A stretch of DNA of 62,036 nucleotides, the filler included. It is 5 parts of 5 records of this genome, joined end to end, with 100 filler letters (N's around TTAATTAATTAA, not from the genome) between each part and the next. Parts side by side here need not be neighbours in the genome. Positions count along the whole stretch, not along the records: positions 36,992 to 45,683 come from SRR31147125_26373; positions 45,784 to 50,834 come from SRR31147125_26406; 3 more parts are not named here. One strand, written 5' to 3'. The notes under the pieces were generated by a model. That model worked only from the letters and a program-made list of their open reading frames with translations. It did no database searches and was not told the DNA's origin. This document shows positions 38,931 through 48,511 of the stretch, one piece after another; position 1 is the stretch's first letter, and each line of letters opens with the position of its first letter. Position numbers and translations under genes: made by a program.

Positions 38931-41324
38931 TTGAAAATTACTCTTAATTGGTTAAAAGACTTTATAGATGTAACGGTTTCCCCCGAAGAGCTTTCTGATA
39001 CACTGACAATGATTGGCCTCGAGGTAGAAGAATTCTACCAATTACCACGGCACTTTTCAAATGTCAAAATAGGGCATGTTGTTGAAGTCAGGAAACATCC
39101 TGAAGCGGATTTGCTCTCGCTTTGTAAAGTGGATGTCGGTAGTACACTTTTGACTGTGGTATGTGGGGCTCCCAATGTAAAAGACGGGATTTTTGTTCCA
39201 ATCGCATTGGAAGGTGCCCGGGTGGCCAATGGTATTCAGGTACAAAACAGAAAAATTCGCGGTATCATGAGTGAGGGTATGCTCTGCTCGGAAGCAGAAT
39301 TAGGCTTGACCGAGCGCTCTGAAGGGCTTATGATCTTACCTGATACGTCCAAAGCTGGTGAAGATTTCTCGACCTATCTTGGAGAACCTGATACTGTTTT
39401 TGATATATCTGTTACACCTAATCGGCCTGATTGTCTCAGTATTATCGGAATTGCTCGACAATACTCTGCATTTTCAGGTAATCCATTAAAAATTCCCCAA
39501 ATAAATCTTCCAATTGAGACAAATCCAACTGAAAAATCAGTCACTGTTGATATTAATGATCCTGATCTTTGCAACCGGTACTCCGGGAGATTGCTGGAAA
39601 ATATTCATGTAAAAGAATCTCCATTCTGGTTGGCTGCACGACTGCATGCTGTTGGTATTCGTTCTATCAGTAATGTTGTGGATATTACTAATTACATTAT
39701 GATGGAAACGGGTCATCCTTTGCATGCTTTTGACCATAGTTTTATTGAAGGATCGCACATTATTATTCGAAATGCCCAAAAAGGCGAAATTTTTAAAACA
39801 CTGGATGGGCAGGAGCACGAATTAAATGATGAAGCTCTCCTGATTTGCGATGAAAACAAAGCGATCGCATTAGCCGGAATTATGGGTGGATTGAATTCTG
39901 AAGTACAGAATGACACAAAAACAGTTTTTCTTGAAAGCGCTTATTTTGCGCCAACAAATATCCGTCGAACCTCTAAAAAACTTGGATTGTCCACAGAATC
40001 TTCGCGACGATTTGAAAGAGGTGCTGATCCAAATGGGACTCTTTACGCGCGTGACAGGGCTGCCCAATTATTATGCGAGTTAGCAAATGCGACATTATCA
40101 AGTAATGTTGTAGATAATTATCCAAATCAAGTAACACCTGCTAAAGTGACGTTATCTCTGGAGAGGTCTAATAAACTTTTGGGCATGACACTTTCGGAGG
40201 AGGAAACAGTCAACATTTTAGGTTCTCTTCACTGTGAACATGTAAGTAGTTCCGATGGGAATCTCACTTTTAGTATACCGACATTCAGGCCAGATTTGAC
40301 TCGTGAGGTCGACCTTATTGAAGAAATCGCCATACTTTATGGATATAATGATATTCCAGTAGAAACATCACCGCCAATTGATCAACTTCAAATGATTAAC
40401 GAGCAAATTGTTCTGCAGGACGATATACGTCATTTTCTTGCCGGAATTGGATATCGGGAAACTATAAATTTAAGTCTCGTGTCGCCTCAATCCGGACGTG
40501 ATTTTCTTCAGGAAGGTAGTGAATTTGTGAAACTTTTGAATCCACTAAGCCCTGATATGTCTGTTTTTCGTCCAAATTTATTACTATCCCTGCTGACATC
40601 GGTTGCCTATAACAGGAACAGGCAATTAAACAATTTACGATTTTTTGAGATAGGCAATGTTGCCTGGCAAAATGGAGATAATTCCATTTCCGAATTTACC
40701 CAGGTTGCTGGTGTACTTGCAGGAAATCGATATGAAGACAACTGGTATCAAAAACCGGATCATTTTGATTTTTATGATATAAAGGGCGCAGTTACCAGCG
40801 TTTTAAGAAAATTCGGGATTTCATCATTTCGGCAGGTTAAAGTAAGAGGAAAATATTGGGATTATGAAAATTCCGGTATTGAAGTGGATGGACATTATTT
40901 AGGTTCATATGGAAAAGTTTCAAATAAAATATGTTCATCTTTAAAACTGAAAACATCTGATATTTATGGATTTTATCTTGATGTCGATTTAATTGCGAAA
41001 TATCGGTCAAAATATAATGTTTATAATAGTGTACCGCGATATCCTGCGATACAATTTGATCTGGCCCTTCTTGCAGACGCGAATATCCCGGTAGGTAGAA
41101 TCGAACAGGAAATTAAAGATGCGGCTGGTCCTTATTTACAGAAAATTCATCTTTTCGATTTCTACAAAGGGGATCGTGTCGAAAAAGGTAAAAAAAGTAT
41201 CGCTTTTTCATTGACCTTTAACTCGAAAGAGCGTACATTAAAAGATAAAGAAGTGGAATCGTCAATAGCAAATATACTATCGAGTTTAAAAGAAAAATTA
41301 AACGCTCAATTACGACCGGCATAA
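38931..41324 (+). CDS. pheT: Phenylalanine--tRNA ligase beta subunit
   Basis: VCGAPN, SEGMLCS, TPNRPDCLS, VDITNY, RFERG, DLIEEIA. Confidence 0.97.
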   Translation: MKITLNWLKDFIDVTVSPEELSDTLTMIGLEVEEFYQLPRHFSNVKIGHVVEVRKHPEADLLSLCKVDVGSTLLTVVCGAPNVKDGIFVPIALEGARVANGIQVQNRKIRGIMSEGMLCSEAELGLTERSEGLMILPDTSKAGEDFSTYLGEPDTVFDISVTPNRPDCLSIIGIARQYSAFSGNPLKIPQINLPIETNPTEKSVTVDINDPDLCNRYSGRLLENIHVKESPFWLAARLHAVGIRSISNVVDITNYIMMETGHPLHAFDHSFIEGSHIIIRNAQKGEIFKTLDGQEHELNDEALLICDENKAIALAGIMGGLNSEVQNDTKTVFLESAYFAPTNIRRTSKKLGLSTESSRRFERGADPNGTLYARDRAAQLLCELANATLSSNVVDNYPNQVTPAKVTLSLERSNKLLGMTLSEEETVNILGSLHCEHVSSSDGNLTFSIPTFRPDLTREVDLIEEIAILYGYNDIPVETSPPIDQLQMINEQIVLQDDIRHFLAGIGYRETINLSLVSPQSGRDFLQEGSEFVKLLNPLSPDMSVFRPNLLLSLLTSVAYNRNRQLNNLRFFEIGNVAWQNGDNSISEFTQVAGVLAGNRYEDNWYQKPDHFDFYDIKGAVTSVLRKFGISSFRQVKVRGKYWDYENSGIEVDGHYLGSYGKVSNKICSSLKLKTSDIYGFYLDVDLIAKYRSKYNVYNSVPRYPAIQFDLALLADANIPVGRIEQEIKDAAGPYLQKIHLFDFYKGDRVEKGKKSIAFSLTFNSKERTLKDKEVESSIANILSSLKEKLNAQLRPA

Positions 41325-41623
41325 ATGATGCTTAAAGATGACAAGAAAACTTTAAGACATTTAGAGTCATCCATAGATCGAGCGCTTTTGACTCTTGAAT
41401 CTTTACAGCATAAGCATAAAACGCTATTGAAGGAAAAAAAGAGCTTTTATCTATTATTGCTGAAAAAGATTTAAATATCAAAGCACTGCAACGGCTTGTA
41501 GAGGAAATAAAGGCAAAGTCGAATGATAATGCCATTTCTTATTATAAAAAAAATGAAGAGAAGTTAAGATCGCGTATTCAGACCATGTTATCGAAGTTGG
41601 ACGAGCTTAAAGTTGCTGATTGA
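41325..41623 (+). CDS. Coiled-coil ZapB-like protein; frameshift at A7 41434-41440
   Basis: MMLKDDKKTLRHLESSIDRALLTLE..LRSRIQTMLSKLDEL; between pheT and zapA; absent from ORF track. Confidence 0.6.
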
Positions 41624-41687
41624 TAGCCCGTCAAGTGAGCTGGAATTGGATTAAAGTTGTTTATTTCATTCGTAATAATGGATTCTC

Positions 41688-42002
41688 ATGGATAGTGAGA
41701 AAAACATTTTAAAAGTAAATATTTTCGGAACGGATTATCCGCTCAAGGTTAATGCGAATGTCGATTATGTAAAACGTGTTGCCGAGTATGTTGACTCGAA
41801 AATGAAAGAAATTCAATCATTAAAGCCAAATAGACCATTACATCAAATTGCTATTTTAGCAGCTTTGAATATTACGGATGAATTGCTTAGACAGAGAGAT
41901 TTACAAAAAAGAAGATATAATCACTTTGAAGATAATGTTAAAAAGCTAACTGAAAAGTTAGATAAAGGCATTGGTAATTCTTCGGAGGAAAATATAGAAT
42001 AA
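41688..42002 (+). CDS. zapA: Cell division protein ZapA
   Basis: VNIFGTDYPL..VAEYVDSKM..AILAALNITDEL. Confidence 0.9.
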   Translation: MDSEKNILKVNIFGTDYPLKVNANVDYVKRVAEYVDSKMKEIQSLKPNRPLHQIAILAALNITDELLRQRDLQKRRYNHFEDNVKKLTEKLDKGIGNSSEENIE

Positions 42003-42026
42003 ACCTTTCTCTAATTGTAATAAAAC

Positions 42027-42133
42027 TGTCTTGTAAATGTATAATAACAACTTGTTCCCTCGATAAATAACCTCAAGGGTATCTGGCCAGCCTCATGTAA
42101 TGTATCAGGATTGAACTGTTACATTACAAACAC
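42027..42133 (+). ncRNA. Candidate 6S RNA (boundaries uncertain)
   Basis: zapA-rny intergenic position; nested complementarity ttgtaaatgta/tacattacaa and gttc-cct-gata/tatc-agg-gaac. Confidence 0.4.
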
Positions 42134-42211
42134 TTTTTTAATGTGGTACATTTATTTTCTGCCATCTTGATATATTCTCACTAGTTCTGAATATATTTAT
42201 TCGGAGGGGAT

Positions 42212-43773
42212 ATGGAGACAATAACTTTAATAATTATTCCATTATTCGCTGCACTTGTTGCATTCATTAGTGGATGGATTATTTCAAAAAAGGTCGGGCA
42301 TGGTAAGATTGCGAATGCTGAGAACCTTGCTGAAAGAATCGTTACTGACGCTAAAAAAGAAGCAGCAAGTATTAAAAAAGAAAAAATGCTCGAAGCCAAG
42401 GATGAATGGTATCGGCTGAAACAAAATTTTGAACAAGAAAGTAAAAACAAAAGAAGTGAATTAAGCAAGTTTGAAAACCGACTGACCTCAAAATCTACCG
42501 ATATTGAAAGACGTCATGAACTGATTAGTAAAAAAGAAAATGAACTAAAAGAAATTGAAAAAAATTCCAAAATCGCGAAAGCAGGATTGACAAATTGCAA
42601 GTTGAACTGCAGCACAAGATTGAGGAAGAAAACAGGCGACTGGAAAAAATTAGTGGTATTTCTCACGAAGAAGCCAAAAAACTTTTGATGCAAAATCTCG
42701 TAGATAAAGCAAAACAAGAGTCTGCTCAAACAATAAAAGAAATTAAAGATAAAGCAAGACAAACGGCCAATCGTGAAGCAAAAGAAATTGTTATACAGGC
42801 TATTCAACGAACTGCTGCAGATCATTCAACAGAAACCACAGTATCTGTTGTTGATTTACCAGGAGATGATATGAAAGGCCGTATCATTGGTAGGGAAGGG
42901 CGCAATATCAGAGCCTTCGAAGCAGCCACTGGTGTTGAAGTCATTGTTGATGATACGCCCGAAGCTGTTGTTCTTTCCGGTTTTGATCCATTTCGACGTG
43001 AGATAGCTCGTATATCTCTTGAAAGACTTGTTGCCGATGGTCGGATTCACCCAGCCAGAATCGAAGAAGTTGTCCTGAAAGTTCAGGAAGAAATGGAAGA
43101 AAAACTGGTTGAGGAAGGCGAAAAGGCGTTATTAGAAGCTGGCATTCCTGGTGTTCATCAGGAGCTTGTAAAGATATTGGGTAAATTAAGATATCGTACA
43201 AGTTACGGTCAAAATGTGCTGCAACATGCTATTGAAGTATCCTTTCTGACCGGATTAATGGCAACCAACCTGGGACTGGATGGTAATCTTGCCAAACGTG
43301 CCGGACTTTTTCACGATCTAGGCAAAGCCATTGATCGTTATACTGAGGGTACGCATACACAAATCGGTGCTGAAATTGCCAAAAAATACGGTGAAGGTGC
43401 GATTGTTGTTAACTCTATTGCATCCCATCATGAGGATGTACCGCCGATATCGCCAATTTCTGTTCTGGTTCAGGCAGCAGACGCTATAAGTGGATCAAGG
43501 CCAGGTGCAAGACGGGAAACCTTAGAGTCTTATATTAATCGTTTGGAAAATTTAGAGGCTGTCGCAAATTCTTTTGATGGTGTTGGCAAAGCTTATGCAA
43601 TTCAGGCAGGTCGTGAAATTAGAGTCATGGTTGAACATGATAAAATCGACGATGCCATGTCCGAACAATTAGCTCAGAGTATTGCAGATAAAATTCAAAG
43701 TGAATTGGAATATCCTGGTCAAATTAAAGTGACTGTTATTCGGGAATACCGTGTTGTGGATTATGCAAAATAG
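42212..43773 (+). CDS. rny: Ribonuclease Y; frameshift at A7 42558-42564
   Basis: N-terminal TM and coiled coil; KH MKGRIIGREGRNIR; HD HDLGK; ADAISGSRPGARRE. Confidence 0.95.
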
Positions 43774-43831
43774 TAAATTTTTATTAGTTATTTATGTGTG
43801 ATAAATAGAATCTATTTAATATAGAAATGTT

Positions 43832-44626
43832 GTGATAAGATTGAACACGATTAATATACTTTTTATTGCCGATATTGTCGGCAAACCTGGCTTTAATATT
43901 GTCAGTGACCATTTGAGTCGGTTGAAAAAAGAATACAATATAGAATTATGTATTGCAAATGGTGAAAACGGGGCCAATGGTAAGGGATTAACAGAACCTT
44001 TGGCCCGTGATTACTTTAAGATTGGTATTGATATTATAACAGGCGGGAATCATAGCTGGAATAATGCGGCTTTTCGCCGTTACATGGATACATCCAACAG
44101 AGTTTTAAGGCCCCTGAATTACCCGGATGAAACGCCTGGTCATGGCTCAACGACCATTAAAACCAGAAACGGTCATTTGGTCGGCGTTATAAATGCACAG
44201 GGTCGAACATTTATGTATCCAATTGATTGCCCTTTTAAGAAGACTTTAGAAGAAGTTGAAAGATTAAGCCAAAAAACATCCATCATTTTTGTCGATTTCC
44301 ATGCTGAAGCGACAGCAGAAAAAATGGCATTAGGTTGGTACCTGGATGGTAAAGTGAGTGCTTTTATCGGAACGCATACTCATATTCAAACGGCTGATGA
44401 ACGAATTTTACCCCGTGGAACAGCCTATCTCACTGATGCGGGTATGACAGGTCCACAGGAATCTGTTATTGGCCTGGATACGGAAATTGCGATCAAACGC
44501 TTTATGACACAAATACCTGAAAGATATGTCATTGGCAGTGGCAATAAACGACTAAATGGTGTTGTTGTTAGTATTGATTGTCAAACAGGCAAAGCTTTAA
44601 GTATAGAAAGAGTCAATCTACCTTAA
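43832..44626 (+). CDS. ymdB: YmdB/TIGR00282 metallophosphoesterase
   Basis: DIVGKPG, NGEN, TGGNH, DFHAEATAEK, GTHTH, TDAGMTG; follows rny. Confidence 0.92.
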   Translation: MIRLNTINILFIADIVGKPGFNIVSDHLSRLKKEYNIELCIANGENGANGKGLTEPLARDYFKIGIDIITGGNHSWNNAAFRRYMDTSNRVLRPLNYPDETPGHGSTTIKTRNGHLVGVINAQGRTFMYPIDCPFKKTLEEVERLSQKTSIIFVDFHAEATAEKMALGWYLDGKVSAFIGTHTHIQTADERILPRGTAYLTDAGMTGPQESVIGLDTEIAIKRFMTQIPERYVIGSGNKRLNGVVVSIDCQTGKALSIERVNLP

Positions 44627-44676
44627 TAATCCTTTTTATATGCGAATAAAATAAACACGTATAAAGGAAACTTGTT

Positions 44677-45561
44677 TTGAGTGCCCACATAATTGACGGT
44701 CGAGAGACGGCAAAATCAATTTATCAGGATATTAAAGATGACATTACCCGTTTAAAAGAACACGGTTGCCATCCCAGGTTATCAGTAGTTTTGGTAGGGG
44801 ATAATCCTGCGTCGAAAATTTATGTACGGAACAAACAAAAAGCGTGTGAGAGAAACGGAATAACATCTAATACGATTCATTTAGATGCGGAAACGAGCGA
44901 ATCAGAATTACTGAATTTGCTTGATGATCTGAATAATGATCCATCTGTTCATGGCATTCTTGTACAACTACCTTTGCCAAAACAAATCTCTGAAAAAAAG
45001 GTGATTGAAAAGATTATTCCGGAAAAAGATGTGGATGGCTTTCATCCCATAAACAGAGGTAAACTCTCGACAGGTCAGGATTGTCTTTTGCCCTGTACAC
45101 CTGCAGGCATGCAACAGTTACTAAAACATTATAATATTGATACAAAAGGAAAACACGTCGTTGTTATAGGGCGTAGTAACATCGTAGGAATGCCTTTTGC
45201 CGTTATGATGGCCCAAAAAAAGGAATGGGCTAATTCTACAGTTACGATTTGTCATACAGCAACCAAAGATGTAAAATCATACACCAAACAGGCAGACATT
45301 ATTGCTGTTGCAGCAGGTTATCCGAATGCATTAACTGCTGATATGGTGAAACCCGGATGTACTGTTATTGATGTTGGTATCAATAGAATTTCTGATCCAA
45401 CAACTGAAAAAGGATATAGGCTTGCCGGTGATGTTGATTTTGACTCAGTCAAAGAGATTGCCGGTGCTATTACACCTGTTCCAGGTGGAGTTGGACCGAT
45501 GACCATTGCCATGTTACTATACAACACAGTAAAGGCGGCAAAAAAGTTGCATAATAAATAA
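44677..45561 (+). CDS. folD: Methylenetetrahydrofolate dehydrogenase/cyclohydrolase
   Basis: GILVQLPLP, KDVDG, PCTP, GRSNIVG, TPVPGGVGPMT. Confidence 0.97.
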   Translation: MSAHIIDGRETAKSIYQDIKDDITRLKEHGCHPRLSVVLVGDNPASKIYVRNKQKACERNGITSNTIHLDAETSESELLNLLDDLNNDPSVHGILVQLPLPKQISEKKVIEKIIPEKDVDGFHPINRGKLSTGQDCLLPCTPAGMQQLLKHYNIDTKGKHVVVIGRSNIVGMPFAVMMAQKKEWANSTVTICHTATKDVKSYTKQADIIAVAAGYPNALTADMVKPGCTVIDVGINRISDPTTEKGYRLAGDVDFDSVKEIAGAITPVPGGVGPMTIAMLLYNTVKAAKKLHNK

Positions 45562-45590
45562 AATCTGATATATTTACTATATAAATAAAT

Positions 45591-45664
45591 GCGCCAGTAG
45601 CTCAATTGGATAGAGCGTTAGCCTCCGGAGCTAGAGGTTGCGGGTTCGAGTCCCGCCTGGCGTA
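45591..45664 (+). tRNA. tRNA-Arg(CCG)
   Basis: Acceptor gcgccag/ctggcgt; anticodon arm ttagc-ctCCGga-gctag; T arm gcggg-ttcgagt-cccgc; CCA not encoded. Confidence 0.95.
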
Positions 45665-45683
45665 CAAAAAGAGAAAAGGCGAT

Positions 45684-45783
45684 NNNNNNNNNNNNNNNNN
45701 NNNNNNNNNNNNNNNNNNNNNNNNNNNTTAATTAATTAANNNNNNNNNNNNNNNNNNNNNNNNNNNNNNNNNNNNNNNNNNNN
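45684..45783. other. Artificial contig linker
   Basis: N44-TTAATTAATTAA-N44. Confidence 0.98.
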
Positions 45784-45813
45784 CCTTGGCTTCGGCCTTG
45801 GCTTCGGCCTTGG
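45784..45813. repeat. 12-nt tandem repeat (ccttggcttcgg)n at contig end
   Basis: About 2.5 copies encoding AEAK; likely cause of the assembly break. Confidence 0.75.
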
Positions 45814-46006
45814 TTTCCGCCTCTGCTTTGTCCTTGGCGGCTGCCTCTGCCGCTTCCTGACGTTCCATCTCGGTCGGCACCCATTCAGCTGACTTTGCAT
45901 TCAACCATGCTTTTGTCATGACCGGGTCAGCTGCCGGCAGGGCCTCACCGGGTTTGTACGATCGGCCGCCGTATAAAACGGGGCGCTTAGCTTTCAATGT
46001 AGGCAT
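45784..46006 (-). CDS. Phage hypothetical protein (3'-truncated in AEAK repeat)
   Basis: MPTLKAKRPVLYGGRSYKPGEALP..; RBS aggcggtg; true start 46006. Confidence 0.7.
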
Positions 46007-46016
46007 AGCACACCGC

Positions 46017-46346
46017 CTAACCAAGCAGCTTGACGTAACAAGCGGTGTCGGATGCCGCCGCTGCCTCAACGGCCCACCCAATAGGAATATTGTCCGTTGA
46101 CGTCGCGGTGACGTAATCGTTTGTCTCGTCGTAATATACGGCAGCCCCCAGCGTGATTTCAGCTGCGACCTTCGCAAGCTCAAAAACACCGACAGTATGG
46201 AGTGTGCCGGTGTCTCCAACGGCGATATCCATTCCTGCCACGCCGCAGCGCGTTGTTAAGCTCACGACGTCGCCGGCGGCAATTGCCGCGTTGCCGTCGT
46301 TCGTGTATTCAATGGTTTCACCCTTCTGGCGATATTCAGCAGTCAT
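46017..46346 (-). CDS. DUF2190-like capsid cement/decoration protein
   Basis: YRQKGETIEY..AGDVV..GVFEL..GAAVYYD..IGWAVEAAA..VKL. Confidence 0.8.
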   Translation of the reverse strand: MTAEYRQKGETIEYTNDGNAAIAAGDVVSLTTRCGVAGMDIAVGDTGTLHTVGVFELAKVAAEITLGAAVYYDETNDYVTATSTDNIPIGWAVEAAAASDTACYVKLLG

Positions 46347-46361
46347 TTCAATGTCCTCCCA

Positions 46362-47852
46362 TTAAGAAATTGTCACGCCGGGATTTTTGTAAATGCCGCG
46401 GTAATCCACGACAGTCACGCCCCAGTCAAGATAAATGTCCCACACATAGCCGAGCACACCCGGTGCTTCGGACCGGCGGACCGTCGGCGTCTCCTGCCCG
46501 TTCAGATAATCGACCTGAATACTTTTAGCGCTGGTGGGATCGGGCACCATAAACCAAGGCACAGCGTTTGTGCTGGCCAGACTGTTCAGAACAGGTGTCT
46601 GGACGGTCTGGAGCGGATAGTTATACAACGGGTTAATATCGTTGTTGCCGCTGCCGGTCACCTGCGTGCTGCCGAAGATGACAGCCAGATCAAACTCGTA
46701 CCCCACGGGTACAACGAGCCATTTCGGCGTCATATAGATGGGTTCGCCAAACGGATCCGTCTGCTTCTGCGCCATCAAGATAATAGCCTGGATCGTCGAC
46801 TGACTCGGTGCGGCACCAGTGCCGATCAGATTCTTATGCGCGTCAGCGCTAAAAAGGGCCGCTCCGTCATAAATTGCTGGATTGCCATACAAGACGGTAT
46901 ACACCTGCTTGTCAATGGTCTTCTTTGCGCTGGCAGCGTATAGGCCGGGCACCTCGGACAAAAAGCCAATGTCATCGTTGATAAACGCCTGGCGGCTCAT
47001 AGAGAACTGACGGCCATATGTATCGATCTTGCGCTGCGGCAAGAGATGGCTGCTCGGCTTGTCATGCTTGAGCTCGCCATTTTCCGGAACAAGCAGAAAG
47101 TCGCCGGCTCCGCCAATGAGATAGCTGTGATCGGGCGTCGACTTGAAGTCGGACACGCTACCCTTGCTCGTCCACGCCTGGAATGTCGTCGGCACCGACT
47201 GGTAGCTGTGGACGATATTCTTTTTGATCGTCTCGTCGAGAATCGCCGGAAACGCCGCTGTCGGATTGAAAAACTGGCGGCTGAGCTCGGCATATAGCTC
47301 CGTTTTATCCATCCGCAGGAGTTGCCCGGCATTTTTACCTTCGCGCGTCAGGCATTCGATGGCCATGTCACGCAGGCTCATCCCGCGAAACTCTTTGGCA
47401 CCGTCCGCAGGCTTCTGCACAGGAACACCGGAGCGCATAGCCAAGGCGTCCGCAGCCGCATCACGAAACTTATCGCCTTCATCCACCGTTACGCCAACGC
47501 TAAGCGGCGCACCATTTTTACGTACATGCTCCAGTACGGCCGCGCGCACCGTATCGACGCTATCACCGTTCTTAATGAAATCACCGGTCTCAACGCCAAA
47601 CTCACGGCACATGGACGTTATATCGGCAACGCGCTGTCTTTCATTGGCGATTGCTCGCTGAATGTCGGTGCCGTCTTCCCCACCAGCGGCGCTCTGCGGA
47701 CCGTCCGGATCCTGTGCGCGTAGGGCGTCAATCTCCGCCTGGAGGGTATCAAATTCGCGTGTCTCCGCCTCGTTAAGGTCCCTATTGTCCTTCCGGGCGG
47801 AGTCGACAAGGGCCTGCTGGCGCGCCAATGCCTTCTTGAGCTTTTCCTTCAT
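46362..47852 (-). CDS. Phage major capsid protein with N-terminal scaffold-like region
   Basis: ERQRVADI scaffold, VSDFK, VPENGEL, TYGRQFSMSRQAFINDD, YLNGQETP, DWGVTVVDYRG. Confidence 0.9.
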   Translation of the reverse strand: MKEKLKKALARQQALVDSARKDNRDLNEAETREFDTLQAEIDALRAQDPDGPQSAAGGEDGTDIQRAIANERQRVADITSMCREFGVETGDFIKNGDSVDTVRAAVLEHVRKNGAPLSVGVTVDEGDKFRDAAADALAMRSGVPVQKPADGAKEFRGMSLRDMAIECLTREGKNAGQLLRMDKTELYAELSRQFFNPTAAFPAILDETIKKNIVHSYQSVPTTFQAWTSKGSVSDFKSTPDHSYLIGGAGDFLLVPENGELKHDKPSSHLLPQRKIDTYGRQFSMSRQAFINDDIGFLSEVPGLYAASAKKTIDKQVYTVLYGNPAIYDGAALFSADAHKNLIGTGAAPSQSTIQAIILMAQKQTDPFGEPIYMTPKWLVVPVGYEFDLAVIFGSTQVTGSGNNDINPLYNYPLQTVQTPVLNSLASTNAVPWFMVPDPTSAKSIQVDYLNGQETPTVRRSEAPGVLGYVWDIYLDWGVTVVDYRGIYKNPGVTIS

Positions 47853-47866
47853 TTTCGTTCCCCCTG

Positions 47867-48511
47867 TTATAAATAGTTTTTGTTGATTGCTATCTGCCGC
47901 TCATACATACTGAGCGACCGCGCTGCTGGCTGTTCACCACATTGCGGCTCCTCAAATTCGGCTTCGCGTCCGACCCCGACCGTGGCATCCGCCGGAACGG
48001 ACACAATGCTGATTTCCAAGGGCATCCACTTCCGGGCGATGTCGCACGGACCGGTAAAACCGTCGGCGGACGTTTTACCCGCAGAGACCTCCTCGAACGA
48101 ATCCACCGTATAGCGGACGGACGTCGTTTTCAGTGTTCCGCTTGAGACCTTCTGGTAAATCAGTTCAGCATCTTCGTCTGTGTCAAACTCCACCTCGGCC
48201 TGCCCGCGCTTGTTTTCTAGCCACGCCCTTATGACTTTCCCGCAAACATAATGCGTATTGTGGTTGAAAAGCAAAACGCCGACCTCATTCAGCCGGCTAA
48301 GATCAACAGCGCCTTCTCCGTGGTCCAATATCTCCATGCCGAACCAGCGCCTGTACGGTGTTTCAGACGAGAAACTGAGGATGAACCGCCGTTCATTTCC
48401 CGCGCCGTCAACAGCCCGGATACCGGAAACCGCCATGCTTCGCACACCGACATTTTTATTCTTGGCCTCATTCTCCGGGCCTACTGTCTGACGCTTCTGC
48501 TTATTGCCCAA
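47867..48511 (-). CDS. HK97-type prohead maturation protease
   Basis: LSFSSETP, EILDH, LLFNHN, SVRY, PLEISIVSVPAD..GVGR. Confidence 0.88.
   Translation of the reverse strand: MGNKQKRQTVGPENEAKNKNVGVRSMAVSGIRAVDGAGNERRFILSFSSETPYRRWFGMEILDHGEGAVDLSRLNEVGVLLFNHNTHYVCGKVIRAWLENKRGQAEVEFDTDEDAELIYQKVSSGTLKTTSVRYTVDSFEEVSAGKTSADGFTGPCDIARKWMPLEISIVSVPADATVGVGREAEFEEPQCGEQPAARSLSMYERQIAINKNYL

Noticed and set aside
42558..42564. Programmed frameshift or phase variation in rny and other split genes
   Set aside because: The same one-base homopolymer defect recurs across unrelated contigs and core genes; sequencing error is simpler
45591..45813. Prophage integrated at tRNA-Arg
   Set aside because: tRNA and phage genes are on different contigs joined by an artificial linker; no integrase or att duplication is seen
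45728..46219. 163-aa ORF as given in the track
   Set aside because: N-terminal part overlaps the DUF2190-like gene and C-terminal part runs into the linker; the real start is 46006
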